From: Lama glama
Lineage: Eukaryota
Direction of reading: 5' to 3'
Length of the DNA stretch: 64,000 bases
Assembly: GCA_028534125.1 (NCBI GenBank)
Contig: CM052832.1
Span: 5,830,001 to 5,894,000, forward strand
Shown: piece by piece, positions 27,613 through 41,369 of the stretch
How positions within the stretch are numbered: position 1 is the first letter of the stretch
Layout of the letters: each line of letters starts with the position of its first letter
Made by a program: the position numbers and the translations under genes
Notes under the pieces: generated by a model
Told to the model about the DNA's origin: nothing
What the model saw: only the letters and a program-made list of their open reading frames with translations
Databases searched by the model: none

Positions 27613-27759
27613 AAAAATTTTATTGAAGTACAGTCAATTGCAACGTGTAGATTTCTGATGTGCAGCACACATCCCAATCATGCATATACATACATTCAGT
27701 TTCATATTTTTTCTCATTAAAGGTTATTACGGGATGTTGAATATAGTACCCTGTGCTGT
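27613..27759 (-). mobile_element. LINE-1 3' terminal fragment (artiodactyl type)
   Basis: ttttattgaagtacagtcaattgcaacgtgt...ggttattacgggatgttgaatatagtaccctgtgct is the reverse complement of an L1 3' end like that at about 5.55-5.7 kb. Confidence 0.85.
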
Positions 27760-30700
27760 CTGGTTTTAATAAAGCTTTTTATGTGATTTAAAAAAAAAGA
27801 AAAAAGAAAAACTTTATTATGGCAGGGGATGTAATCACTGAACCTCACATCCCTGAGAATCCCGGAGATGATGACCAGAGTGCCGGTGAGAAAAGATAAG
27901 CACTGAAACACACACAATAGCACCACCAAACTGTCTGTGAAAGAGGTAACTGAAAGGAGATGTTGTCAGACACAGCTCTCAGCCAGACCCTTCTTCTCCA
28001 AGGAGCCGGCCCTGCCTGTTTGCTGGGAGCAGATAGTATGAGATAAATTGCAGGCGTGACAAGAGAGAAAACCATCTCCAAAACCATCGACTTCAGGACC
28101 CGGTGTCATTGTAATTTCAGTCCTGGGATCTACAAAACTTACTGCTTTTAAGAGTTCCCCATCAAGACGCAAAAGTCTCTGGAAAAGGTAATACTGTACA
28201 TCAATAGCGGTGAAGCTTAACAGCTCAGCTAGCCATGTGTTCAGAAACTATTTAGCAGGGATTAGCAAAAATGGAGTTTCTTTTTGTTGTTCCCCTGCGG
28301 GATGGTGTGTTATAGTTCTAACTGGAAGAAAGGGAACGCTTAGGGTTGGTTAAATTTTACTTCCTCCTTAATTTACCGAAGTCCAGAATGCTTTAAAAAA
28401 CAAACAGTCAATTAAGTGCATGTGTTTTCAACACAAGTTAACTTGTCTCAGAATAACCAATTCTGCTAGATTAGATGCCACACCAGGCTGCAAGGTAGAT
28501 CTTTTAATATAGAAAACACTATATAAGCTATTAAGCATTATTATCCATCGTAACTAAGAGCTAAGCAGTTTGTCTGGGCTTCTGACCTTAGTTTATAATC
28601 TCTGAATCTGTCCATCACCTCATACATTATGTAGTCCACACACCACCAACTGGTGCTTAGCTAGGACACACTGGAACCACTGCTTCCTAATATGCAGGAT
28701 GAATGGAATTTTTTTCCTTAGATAGTAGTTAGCTCGGGGGCCAGGGAGGGGGAGAGAGGAGTGACCTGTTAGGAGGAAAGGATCTTGGTAATTGCTACTT
28801 GGTAAAGTGGTGATTGAAGTTTGGTGAAATATGAATCTAGTAGTAAAGAGAAAATCAGTAAGTATTTAAGCCGTCCCAAAAAGAGCCATGAGGACCACCT
28901 ATCGATAAAAAAAAAAAAAGCATTCAAATCAGGATAGGAGAGAAATTGAATGTATAAGCAATGCACCCATACAATCAGACTTTAAGAAAGCATCTAGAGA
29001 ATATTGCCAAAATCTTACTTGCAAATTGCTTAGGCTTTGCGCATTCCCATGGTTGGAAGGCTGACAGCATCAATAAATGAACAGAAATGAATCTTGCTAA
29101 AGGGAGGTGTCATCCACGGCCCCTAGAGTCAAACGGCGTTTTACATCTTCATTATTGATTCAGAACAACCGATAAACCAAATCTGCAACTGATAATAAAG
29201 CAGTCAGTGCTCCTAAACCTCACAAGGGAAGAAAATCAAGAAATGCAGGCAAATAGATGTTCAAGAGGCCAGCATGAAAGAATCCAAATGAACTGGGCTG
29301 AGAAACGTACAGGGAAATTTACCAGAAACCTAGGCATGGAGGCGGGGCTAGGAAAAAACACACAAAAATATAGTTAAATCAATAGAGCTCAAAGAAGCGA
29401 TGAGAAAGCAAGGTGAGAGGGCACTGGTGGTATTTATAAGACATAAAGAGCCAGTGCTATTTGGGGTGCCATGCAATATTACATTGAGAGATGAAAATAG
29501 TTTTTATATATCACTGAAATGGATGGACTGGCCATTTTCAATCCCCCCAAAAGTGGAGGGTATTCAATCCTGGTCCATGGAGTTGCCATATTGAGATGTT
29601 TGTTCAGTCTTTCACTCAGTCATCGACACTCATCAATCATGAGCTGATCACCTACATTCTCCCCTAAATAGCCTGCGTTGTAGCAGGGATGGGGTCCAAC
29701 ATGGTTTCCAAGAGTGCTAAATGAAATAATACATTGGTTGAAGTTCATACAAAGGACAGGAGAGTGCAAAGGAAAGAATGCTTGGAGGTGGGAACAACAA
29801 CATAGAGACACAGAAGACACTTGGACACCAGACCACACATTCCGTGAGGAGACCCAAGTGTCTTGTTTGCTCTTGTTCTCCCTGGAGCCCAGCCGAGGGT
29901 TCAGGTACCAAAGGAGATTGAGACATAGATTTTGTCTCCACTTCCTGGTAAAGTTATAAGGAAGGAGAAACAAAGACTCTTACCAGAAGACATGGAGTTT
30001 GTGGCTCTTCTCACAGGGAGTCTGAGAACCTGACTGCCATCAAGGTCTAGTGAGGAGGAGACTTGTGGAGCCTGGGGCACTGATTACGGCCCCACATTCC
30101 ATCACCTTGCCCCCTGGCAGGAAGGGCAACCTCAGGAATAAAAGTTTTCTTTGGTGAGCTTGGATTCAAAGGTAAGGAAATGTGTGATCTGAAGGCTATT
30201 TCCCTCTGGCTATGATAAAATCTAGTGGTCCATTGTCTGTCACTCAAAGTAAAGCAAAGTATTACCTGGATGACAGCTGCCCCTGAATGTATCCGTTGTT
30301 CTCAGTCAGGCCAAGTTTGAAGTAGGGCTCAGCCCATCTTTTTATTCCTCAGAAGAAAAGAAAAAAACATCTGCACGTACCCAAAACATTAGTGAGTAGC
30401 TTGGGATGGAGGGCAGATTTCAAAAGGGAGATGAAGACAGTTTATGCTCAAATCTCCACAGCACATAACCCTGTGATGCCCTGAGCAACATGTCTCTTAC
30501 TCCAAGTCCTGTTGGTGCTACTCACCTGTTTTCTTTCTCAGCCATCCCTTCAAGGGGCTCCCATCCCGAATTCTGGTCTGCTGTCAGGTCTTTCAATCCT
30601 TTGCTTCCTTTTTGAAGAAAGCAATGATTTATCTCTTGGTATATCCTCCAAATTCACCAACTCTCACCCAAGCACAGGCCTAAGAAGAACCCTCTGGCTA

Positions 30701-30914
30701 CCAGAGCTCACCCATCTTAGAAGGCATTCGGGAGTTATAAATACCATTCACTAGAAATACGAGTTTACTTCCTCATAGGCTACTGAATTAAAATGAAAGT
30801 TGGCTTTGACAAAAAACTTTTTTTTTTTTCAGTATTTCTCATTTTCATGTTCCCAATTTTTATTCTGTGATTTCACTGCAGTATGTTACTCCAAATTACA
30901 GCTTGGAGATTAAA

Positions 30915-31245
30915 TGTGTGGTGTTTAGAACTGGAAATATCTTGGCTCATTTCAAGTTGTCCATCTGCCACTCACCTGCTTGAACGTGACCGTGGGAGAG
31001 ATCTTTAACCTCTTATGGCCTTGGTTGCCTAATAGCTTAAAATGTGAATGTATTGATCCAACAAATACATATTGAGAGATTACTAGCTACATTGGTTTAT
31101 TCACTTACTCATCCATCAGATATTCATTCCATACATTCTCATTTGTGTTCATAGGTCTGTTTGAAATAATTAATGTAAAACTCTTAATGTAGAATTTATC
31201 ACATACATGTGGAGTAAGTCATTGTCAGTATTACTATTATTATTT
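30915..31245 (+). mobile_element. Degraded MIR SINE
   Basis: ctgccactcacctgcttgaacgtgaccgtggga...tttaacctc and a 3' part ending tattactattattatt. Confidence 0.55.
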
Positions 31246-31764
31246 CTTCCAATCTTGAGAAAGGGCCTTTGAAAATTCCCAGTATTTTGAAAATCTATTC
31301 CTGTTGATCTCGAAACTTGTATTCATCTAGTCAATTTGCCTTCTGTTTTCTCCCCTCCATCCATTTCAGCCTCAGCCTTGTGGAGGCCAGGTATATTGAA
31401 CTTTTTGACTGCTTGAATTTGTTCATTCCTCTTATATCTTCAAAGAGTTAGGAGTCAATGGCCTCCATGTAACATCAACACTCTACTAATTATAGAGCGA
31501 TCTTTCTTCAGGATCTTGAAGTCTGAAGCTGAACTTCAATTATCATTGTCTTGCAGAAATATGGAGATGGAGATACCTACTTGATAAAATGACAGATTGA
31601 CTTATTTTATTATCTGCCAATTATCAAGAAATAGAATATTTTATCAGTTGTGATGAATAATGAGAAGGACACACCCCTCTGCTTTGTTTCCTGTTGGGAT
31701 CATCAACCAAATTCCAAAGATTGGATTTTAATTTTCCTTTCTTTCCACTTATTCTTTCCAGATG

Positions 31765-31900
31765 ATGCTGGCTGGAGCTGAGATTAGCTCTCCCCATGGA
31801 GCCAAGCCCACGTGGCAGATTCCTGAGAAAAATTAATTATTGTTGCTATAAACCACTAACTTTGGGGCGGCTGTTCTGCAGTCATACATAAACAGAGCAT
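31765..31900 (+). mobile_element. MLT1 (ERVL-MaLR) LTR 3' fragment
   Basis: gcagattcctgagaaaaattaattattgttgctataaaccactaactttggggcggctgttctgcag resembles an MLT1 3' end. Confidence 0.55.
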
Positions 31901-34341
31901 CATTAAATTATAATATCTAAAATCTAAAATGCAGAATAGCAGAGTTGGAAAGTACTCTGGAGGTTACCAAGGAAGTCTTTTACTTTTCATAAGTGGCATT
32001 ACTAGGTTCAAAGAAGTTAAGTGACCTGCCTGTTACCAAGGTGACAGAACTTACACAACTAGAACATACATGATTTCCATTTCTTTCCCATTATTTGGGA
32101 CCTTTTCATTGGCTGTCTCTATTGTTAGTGTCTTCTCTTATTTTCTGGAATAATTTTCACCTATTTAAAATCTCCTCCCCCAAATATTTCAGGATGCATC
32201 TTGATTCTAGTTAAACATGGATAAAAGAGATAATATATTTGCTGTTTTTTTTTAACTTCAGTGACCCATCGTGACAGTCTGTTCTGCATTATCTATATCA
32301 AAGACGAAACTGGCAGAAGAAAGGTTCTTTTGCATACTTTCAAGGCAATACTCTTTCACCGTCAAGGCAAAACCACAGAGCTTAGTGTTCCCAAGGAAGG
32401 ATTATGTAACGGAGGGGGAATACCCTGCCAGGAAGTGGGGAGGAGGGTAAGCCTGCTCTTTCTAGGTTAATTGGCGTGTAGAGGAAGGTCATGAGAAACA
32501 TGTGTCCCAACTCCCCTTCTCTGTGCCAAAATCCCAGCAGGCAAAGGCAGTGTGTACAGGCTTAGGGAAAACTGAAAGCAAATGATGTTTTCTTCTGTTC
32601 AGCTTGGAACAGAGAACCTTGGGGAGAGCTTGCTGGGATGATTGACTCAAAGCCAATAGGAAACATGGGCACAATAGAGTAGCTCAGGGACATGACTGGG
32701 GAAATAAATCTCTTGTTCCCCACAGCCTGCACAGGGCGCGTGGAGGCAGAGAAGCTCGAGGATGGTCCAGGCCTGAGTGCGGAGCTGGATTTGTGAGAGG
32801 TCTAGAGGTCCTGTGCTGTGTGTGAGGGATGTGCATGGGGTGGCACTAGAATGTGAGCTCTGGAAGTCTGCCTTTATCTCCCAGAGCCACCCCGAGCCAG
32901 CCAGGCCCTCAGCTGGCCCAGTGCCCAGGAGCCAACCTTTGCTCCCGGCCCAGAGCTTGTCCCAGGCTGTGGGGCCACAGCGTCCCCTGCTGGCACACTC
33001 GTAGGGTCTCAGAGCTGTTTCCGTGGGAGAGGCAGCCTTTCCTCTGCCAGGTGGGCCAGACTTACCAACCCACCCGCCTTGACTGTCCTCAGAAGTGTGT
33101 CTGGGACTTCCTGGGAGCTCTGAGAATGGTGGGTTGATTTTTAGGTTAATCGTTTCGTTTTGTTTTTTAAGTTTTATCAGACTCCTTTTTATAAAGTAGC
33201 AATCCATTTCCCTCCTTTAGGATGGAATGAGTTTCCACATTAAGGGAGCCAATGTCTCGTGGGAACTGGGAATTAGGCCCAAGACACAGAAGAGCCCTTA
33301 CTGGCAGCAAAAAGCCAGGACCGCAGCCTTCAGCAATGTGTCAGATGGAACATTTTGCACCACAACAATCGCTAGTCCTAGAGTCAAACCACATCAGACA
33401 CCCCTGGCAAAGACCCAAGAGGATCCAGAGGAAACTGCATGACTCCGAAGCCTTCTCTCCCCATCACCCACTTGGCGGCCATGTTGCTAGAAGAGAGAGA
33501 AGACATTCAAAAGACTGAGAGTGTGACCAAAAGAAACCAAACGATCCCAAAGGGATCGTCTAAGCCAATATAGATAGGGGGTTAGATTTAAATTTACTTT
33601 TGACCAAAACCAGCTATCTCAACCAAAAGGGACTGAGTGTTGAGTCAGCGCGTTCTGCTTTAATTTACCGTGAGGCATAGATTCGTAAAGATCAGAGGCG
33701 ACAGAAGACCACACTTCAGATTAAGTCTGGCATGTTTATCCTACTGGTTTAAAATTGTTCCTCATGGACCAAAAATAAGAAATAAAAAAATAAAAAACAA
33801 GGCATTTAGGGAATAAAGAAGGCATATACCCATAAGGGGAAGTAGGAGAAGATAAACAATAACAGATCGGAGATGTCAACAAAATTGTGGAAGCTTGAAA
33901 ACAGATCGAAGTGTGATACCCAACCTAGAAGACAAAACGAGATGGAAAGCCAAGACTGTAAGGTAGGCAACTAGTAAGAAGCACACCAGTTTTCACCAGA
34001 GAGCTCTAGAGAGTTCAGGGATCCAAGGGGCAGGTAACATGCAGGTTGGTGGTATGAGCGGGTCTAAAAGCAGGAGTGGAATTCCTCACCCACACCCCGT
34101 CATTCTCCAATAGACCGGGCTTCCCTCTGCCAGCATGCCGTCAGCTGGGGCTGAGACAAATGAGTCCTGGGTTTGCGGGACCCCAGACTGGGTTCAGAGG
34201 CTTTTGGTCCTGTGGGAATGAAGGCCATGGGAGGTGGGAACAGAAGGAAGGTGGGAACAGACGGGAACAGATAAAAGAAAGGACTGTCACCCAGACAGTG
34301 GCCCACCTCACTGCAAATTGGTAGGAAAGGAATAGGATTGA

Positions 34342-34497
34342 TTTAGACCCCACGGGGGATGATCGTACAGTATTTGCCTTTGTCTGTCTGACTTACTTCA
34401 TCTGATATGCCTTCCTGGTCTAGCCATGTTGCCACAGATGGTAAGATTTCCTCATCTTCTATGGCTGTATAATATTGCACTGAGTAAATACAACTGC
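34342..34497 (-). mobile_element. LINE-1 fragment (end of ORF2)
   Basis: gatcgtacagtatttgcctttgtctgtctgacttacttca...ccatgttgccacagatggtaagatttcc...tatggctgtataatattgcac. Confidence 0.8.
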
Positions 34498-34499
34498 AT

Positions 34500-34630
34500 T
34501 CTCCATCCTCTTAGTTAACAAGTTGAGGTTCAGAGAAGTTTAGTAACTTGCCCAAGATCACACAGCTAGTAGGGTGAATCTGGGGCTAGAATCCAGAGCT
34601 GATCCCTATCCTCTTAACCATGCTATGCTG
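34500..34630 (-). mobile_element. MIR SINE
   Basis: tgaggttcagagaagtttagtaacttgcccaagatcacacagctagt...ctcttaaccatgctatgctgt. Confidence 0.85.
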
Positions 34631-35569
34631 TTTGAAAGTTGGTATGAGTGGTGAAAATAGGACCCTATTTTGACACTATGAGTTAAAGTGAATACATGTA
34701 TGTGCCCTGAATCCACAGGCAACCAAGATCAATTTTCCAGATCTTCAAGTCTTTGAATAACAGGTCACAACAGGCGACTAGAATGGCTGAAGGGTCAGTT
34801 GAGGAAAGTCAACAGAGGAGCCACTTGGGCTGTCAAATATATGTTGCAAGGCGTCACCCAGTCTCCATAAAGATGAAGAACATGGGTCACTGATAATTCT
34901 TCTAACGTATTTGAAAGCCAGTTGGAGGGTAACGCGTAAAATAGAATTACAAACAAAATCCTCAGGAGAACATGGTTGCTCTGCCTCTGAGATTGTGCTT
35001 TCAAAGGCATCGCTACTCCAGCATCAAGCTCACTCTTTTTAGAGGGAAAGAAAGAGCAATCCAGTTATGACGGCCCCGAAACTTCTGGGTCCCCTACCTG
35101 GCAGGCAATTTTGCTGTCTGAGGCATTTTGATAAATTAACTTTGCTCTCCTGCCAACAGTCTCTGCCGAGAACACCCAGTTATTAGTACACACCTAAGGA
35201 GCTCTCACCCCATCCTGTTTTCAACTGCACTTGACCTTGAAGAAACATTAAGTATGACTTGTTTAGAGAGGAGGAGAAAAGTACTTCATTCTCCCACCTC
35301 TGTCAACCCTTCTTAATCAGAGGAAATTCAAACGAAGAGGAACCTGTGACCCAATGAGTTACAGAAGCGGGACATTCTCCAGAGGAGGCACTGCTGCCTA
35401 GCGGGTGAGGGGCTGAAAATGTCCTGCTGTAAATAGATTTTCATAAGACATCCCCCGTCACCATGCCTAGTGAGATGAAGTCATTTCACCATCACTGAAT
35501 CTTGAGCTGGGACATGGGAGGAAAGAGAGAAAATGCTTGGATCTTTTTTTAAATTTTATTTTAAAGGAC

Positions 35570-35680
35570 TTTTTTTTAATTGAAGTATAGTTGATTTACA
35601 ACGTTGTGTTAATTTCTGGTGTACACAGTGATTCATATATACATATATATATTCTTTTTCATATTCTTTTTCATTATAAG
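35570..35680 (-). mobile_element. LINE-1 3' terminal fragment
   Basis: ttttttttaattgaagtatagttgatttacaacgttgtgttaatttctggtgtacacagtgattca...ttctttttcattataag. Confidence 0.85.
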
Positions 35681-36743
35681 GAAAGCTTGTTATTATATTT
35701 CAACTTCAACATGATCTTCAAATCATATGAAATAATATTTTATAATAAAAAATAAGAAAGGGGCAATTTTATTGACCACAGATAGCTCTAATTTTTTAAT
35801 TAATATTCTTATTTAGGATTTATCAAAGTCTGTCAAAGTTCCCTCTACAGAGAGTGAAACATTCCTGATCCGCTGAACCCTCCACATTCCACACCTATCA
35901 GCCCAGTTCAAACTCACCTTTGTACTTGGTCACCAAAGACAATGTCTCAGAGTCACTGTGGCTCTTCTCTCCTTTTTTCAGCGCATCTGGTCAGTCCCCT
36001 GGTCCCCTCACACTTTTTTAAATATGTCCCACACCTGCCCTTTCACCTACATTTCCAAAACCACCACCACCCTTGGCCTGGCACTGCTCTAGGCGATGAG
36101 TTCTATTCAAGAGGAAATCTGAGCCTCCAAGCCCTTAATGGACCCTCATTACCCTCAGGATAAAGGGCCAGTGCCTCAAAATCACTTACAAAACATGGTC
36201 TGGTCTCGAGTTCCATTTCCAACTTGAGCTCGTAATTCTCCCATCTCCCAAATTCTGTGCCCATCTTCCACGATTCTGAACTGCTCTTTTTAGTTATTCT
36301 TATAGACTGAGCTATCATTCACGTATATTCTCTCTCCCTGCTACAGTTCCCCTTTCACCCCGGACCCCCCCACCCCACCCCTAGCCTGGCTGCCGCCGCT
36401 GCCCCCACCCCACACGCCTGGGTTCAAGGCTGCTTGTCTGTGCCCTATAGCTGCTGCCCTGCCCCTGCGGTAGGGCGTCCCACCGTGCACTGCTGCAGAC
36501 TTGCTCACCGTCTATTTCCCACAACAGATTCTCAAGTCTATAAGGAAAGGAGAGAGTAGGTTTTGTTTGCTAGCTTTTCTCCCCGCATACTTTATCCTTA
36601 GTGCCTGGCTCAATGCCAAATTCACAGCAGGCACACAATAGATATTTCCTAACTAAATAAATGAGCAAAGGACTAAAGAAACTCATTATCTAATACCTAA
36701 AAGGCTACCACCTGCCAGTTTTCTCCCTTTGCCCCTTGGGATC

Positions 36744-37080
36744 TGTGATAGGCAGGAAAAATGGTCCCCAAAGATGTGCACGGCTTCATCTCTGAAACCT
36801 AAGACTATGTTGTGCTGTGTTATGTTATGCATCTCATGTCATCTTATGTTGTGTTATATAATATGGCAAAGAAGCATTAACTTCACAGATGGAATTAAGC
36901 TTACTAACCAGCTGACCTGAAGATAAGGAAATGACCTTGAATTGTCCAGATGGACCCAATACTACCGCATGGGGATTAAATGGGGAAGAGGAGATGGAAG
37001 GGTCAGAACTAGAGAGATGGCACCATGGGAAGGACTCAACCATCCACTGATGGCTTGGAAGACGAGGGTGGCAGAGAGAT
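36744..37080 (+). mobile_element. MLT1D-like MaLR LTR, 5' part
   Basis: tgtgataggcaggaaaaatggtccccaaagatgt...cagatggaattaagcttactaaccagctgacct...gacccaat...tggcttggaagacgaggg. Confidence 0.8.
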
Positions 37081-37094
37081 GAGCTGTGGCCAAG

Positions 37095-37555
37095 ACTGCT
37101 ATCCGTCGCCGATCTCTCCTCTCTCATAATAATTAAACTGCCTGTTTCAGCCATCGGGGATCATCTTCCTTCCCCCCTCCCCCAACAGAATAAAGACCAC
37201 TTTTCTTAATCTTTGTTGTAGTTAGAGATAGCCGTGTGACTGGGTTCTGGCAAAAAGACTGTGGGAAAAAATGCTATGTAGGACTTGCAAGCAGTATCCT
37301 TTGGAAGAGTGGACCTGCTTTCCTCTCCTTTTCTCCTTCCTTCCCTCTGGATGTGGAAGTGATGGGAGGATGTAGAGCAGCCATCTGGGTCATTGAGATG
37401 GATACTACACGTTGAGAAAGGCAGAGCAACAAGGTAGAGGAAGCCTGGGTCCCTGAAGAGCAGGGGTCCCTTCAGCATCAGGGCACCCGACCGCCTACCA
37501 GAGAAGTAAACTTCTGACTTGCTGGAACCACTGACGTTTGTAGTCTCTGTTTAGA
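37095..37555 (+). mobile_element. ERVL solo LTR (LTR33/LTR16-like)
   Basis: gccgtgtgactgggttctggc...gcagccatctgggtcattgag...ggcagagcaacaaggtagaggaagcctgggtccctga...gaagtaaacttc...ccactg. Confidence 0.65.
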
Positions 37556-37713
37556 TGTTAAGGGAAATGACTGTACCTACGGATCCATATCATGGATATT
37601 ATTTATCCTCCTCCCTACTATATTTTAACAAGGACTTAAAAAGACTTGCAGCAGGATTCAGAGTTGGTATCTTCACTGGTGTCGACAGATAAAACAAAAC
37701 AGCCACCACTGCT

Positions 37714-38075
37714 TGTGTGATGTGTTCAACAAAACCGTTTTGCCTTCTTCCTGGGCGCAGAGGAAGACTCATTTTCCCAGACCTTGTTGCAGGTGGGTCG
37801 AGCCATATGACTGAGTCCTGACTGATGGAAGTGGAGGAAGTGACTCATAGCGCTTCCTGGTATGACCCATAAAATCTCCCGCTAGAGCCTCCACTTTTGC
37901 AGTGACCTTGGAGGACAGTCATGCTGAAGATGGAGACAGCACAGGATATCCGTGAAGGACCCCGACCCTGCAGGACTGCACGGAACACAATCCCTTTGCG
38001 CATTGGCACTGAACTGTGACAGGCACAGGCAATACATTTTTATCGTGTTAAACTACTGATATCGGGGGATGGTGT
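37714..38075 (+). mobile_element. MLT1H/I/J-like MaLR LTR
   Basis: cattttcccagaccttgttgcaggtggg...ccatatgactgagtcctgactgatggaagtg...gaagatgg...ttatcgtgttaaactactga. Confidence 0.7.
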
Positions 38076-38251
38076 TTTTTTGGCTTGTTTGGAGTGTTTT
38101 GTGCGTATGTGTCCAGCATAGCATGGCCTTTGTTTTAATAAAACGTTATCACTAGCCATATTTTAAAAGGTTTTCAAATGTGGCTGTCACTACCCGTGAG
38201 CTGCTTTATGTCTGCCTGTGTTAATCCCTTATATTTGTGGGATGAACAAAC

Positions 38252-38300
38252 GTGCGCGTGCACACACACACACACACACACCCCACACGCACACACTCAC
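38252..38300 (+). repeat. (CA)n microsatellite
   Basis: Directly visible repeat units. Confidence 0.9.
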
Positions 38301-41300
38301 TTTCATACATCTACTTTTTAAGAGAAATTTCTAGAATATTCTCTCCCATGTTTTTTGTTTCTTTCTTAAATGACCATCATACAGGACTGAGACAGCTGTA
38401 TGGTATTGGGTTTCTTGGATGGCGTGTCTCTCTACATTTCTGGGGCCCCTGTTGCAATACGCAGTGACTCTTCTATTGCTAGTCAGTGGAGAAACCAGTT
38501 TTTCTGACTAGACGGCGCTGCCTTCTAAGGATGAAGGCGTAAAGGTTACAACAGGGTACTGACACGTTGTTCCAATTTTCAGACGGTGGTCTTGAGGGCT
38601 GTGCTGTTGTGTAGACAAGGAAATCAGTGCTGTAACTCCCAGGGACATGTTAAGTTGCTTGGATAACGCCCAGTCAAATGGTAAGAAATAGTCCTAACCA
38701 GTGAGCATTTTTACCTAAATCTTACAGTTTTAGAAAAGTCCACACAAATTGCCGTAAGGAGCAGATAGAGAGTTACCGACGTGTACGTTCGGGCCAGGTC
38801 CTTTAGTGAAAGGTTTTCCTATTTAGTTCCATCAAAGCTTCTCACTTATTACCCACTGCGCAGCTGAGTCTTTAGATTTAAAATAAACAAGACCAACAAG
38901 ACCAAAATAATTCAGAACGACAGTGCGGCATATTTTCTTTATTGAAAAAAAGAAATGCACTTGAACAACACAGCTGTGGCTTGAAAAGAAAAGAGAGAGA
39001 TTATTTTAAGTGTCTGGCTAAGGAGAAGCTGACAGAGATGAGAAGGACGAGTCCACTTCTTCCCCGGCACAGGCGCCAAAGGCGCCCTCTGGTCAACACA
39101 GCCCGTGGTGGGGGGGGGGGGGTGAAGGGGAAGCCAGAGCATCTTCTAAACAGCCTCACAGAGAGGGCTCGCAGGGGCTTTGCACAAGGTGACTCAACAA
39201 ATTATGCTTCTAGAGAAGTTTCCCAAATAAGAGTGAGGGGTCTAACCATCTACAGGAAGCAATAATCGGTGGTTCCAAAGACATTTTTACAACAAGAAAT
39301 GCGTCAAGAAGCTCAGTTGCTGGCAGGATGAATGCAAGGTTTAAGCCAGCCCTTGCCTCCAGGTTGCTAAAGACGCCCCTTCCCGCTCGGATCAGCATTC
39401 TGTAGTCACCCACGAGGACGGCGAAGTGAGCCCTTAACAACGGACTTCACGTACTGATGATTCAACTTCAATGGTAACACTTCAACGGCCATCGGCCCGG
39501 TATTTTCTCAAGTTTAAAAAACAAATACAAATAACAAACTACATTGTTTTCCAGGATTTCAAAATATATACTGGAACCTGTCTTTTTTTTTTTTTTTTTT
39601 CTGAAGCTCTGATGAACAGGCGAAGGGTCCGTTGGCCCCAGAACACAGCTTCGTATTTCTTGTCACAGTCCCCGTGATTCCCATGGCCTCCTGCATCCAG
39701 ACCATGAGGACCTCTTACAGGGGACTCTGTGGCCATTTGTTTCTGCCTTTCTGTTCTGGCTTTATCTCTCATATTTTAAAATTACAATTATTAGTAGTAA
39801 ACTGTTTAGGACTGTACTTCCATAGATCATATTATTTGCTCCCCAGAACAACATGTTAAAGGTTTATGATTATGTTCATTTCCCAATAAGCAAACCAAGG
39901 CTCAAAGAAATTAAATGATTTTCCTCAAAGTCAAAAATATTAGAACTAATTCTTGCCTAACCCCAGGACCAACGCTCCTTTTGTTATTTCATGGTGCCTG
40001 CGTGGTTTTCGTGTTTCAAATTTACACCTTCCTTCATTATGGGAGGGAATATAATAAATAATGAGACCGGGGCTCTTTGCTCTGTATCTCTCCTCTTTTA
40101 ATCTGTCTGGAGACATGTATTTTAATCACCTGCCATGATGCGTGTTTATTATATAATTTCATGGCCTAGATATATACAGGATTAAAACCTCCTGAGTTGC
40201 CCTTGGTAATTATAGCATGGGGGGGGGGAAGCTATCACATTTGTTTACCTTGACCTACTTTAATGAAGTGATACAATGTTCATTATTAGCAGCCCACAGC
40301 CAAATGTTCCCTGTCTCCATGCGAGTCTCAGCCAGAGGAAGTAAGCATTTTCGTTTGCCTCCATAAAGCTCTGATAATGCCGGTGCTGAATTCTGTGTAG
40401 ATGGCAGGCAACTGCTCTGCTTCCCAAGATACATTTGAAAATAATGGAATAATTTGAAAAATCTTCTGCATTAACTTTACACTCAGGGGAGAAGTTAGCA
40501 AACAAGTACTTGAGAAGACAACACGTTGACCTTGACAGAGGGAAGTCAGAGAGATGACAAAGAGGTGCCCCTCCAACCCTCCATCAGTGCTATTTCCAAC
40601 TATAACATGGGCACCTCAACCAGGGAACCACTGAGTGGTTCCACAGAGCCTCACCCATCACCAACAAGGCATGGACCAGAGTTTCCAAAACAGCTTAGGG
40701 GTTGGGGGTGGGTGGGTACCACCTGAGCACTGGTGGAGTTTCTCCTGATATAAAGGAGTAAAGGGATATGATGGTAGCCATAGGTTGTCCTAAGAAAATG
40801 AAATCTTTAGATTTCTCCTTTCTCACCGTAAAACATGAAAAACATGATCTAGATGGTAAGAGACGCACCAGAGCTTGCTTTTAGAATATTTTGAAAAGAG
40901 CCTCGCCACTTACGGACTCCCCACTAGCAAGGAATTCTGGATGAAAGCAGTCTCCTCCCCAACCTGCTTATCCTTTGCCTCCACAGTTCACATCCACCAG
41001 AACAAGCCAGGAGCCTGGGGCAGTCAAAAGAAGAGGCACGGGACATAAATATCTCGGTCCTCACTCCAGCCCTGTAACAAACCTGTGACCTCAGGCAAGA
41101 CATGAACCTTTCGATGCCTTATCAGCTGGATAGGTGTAACACTCAGCCTACCCTTTTCGCCAGACATTGGTAATGATCTAAAAAGTACAAAGCACAATGG
41201 AAACAGAAATGCTTATTACTAAACAACATCCTTAGCCTAGTGACTCTGACCAAGTGCGTTTTGCTGCACCTTTGTTGCTCTCATCACTATAAGAAAACAG

Positions 41301-41369
41301 GGGGAAATCAAAGCCACTGGAAGATGCTCATGTCATCAAGTATCACTGACACTTCCTCCCCAATATACA

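Noticed and set aside
32647..33207. 186-aa minus-strand ORF
   Set aside because: No recognisable domain or splice support; consistent with a chance ORF in locally GC-rich DNA.
33541..33559. Small hairpin acgatccc-aaa-gggatcgt, and 12-bp palindrome cgctacgtagcg at 59104-59115
   Set aside because: Both are short enough to be expected by chance in 64 kb and have no supporting context.
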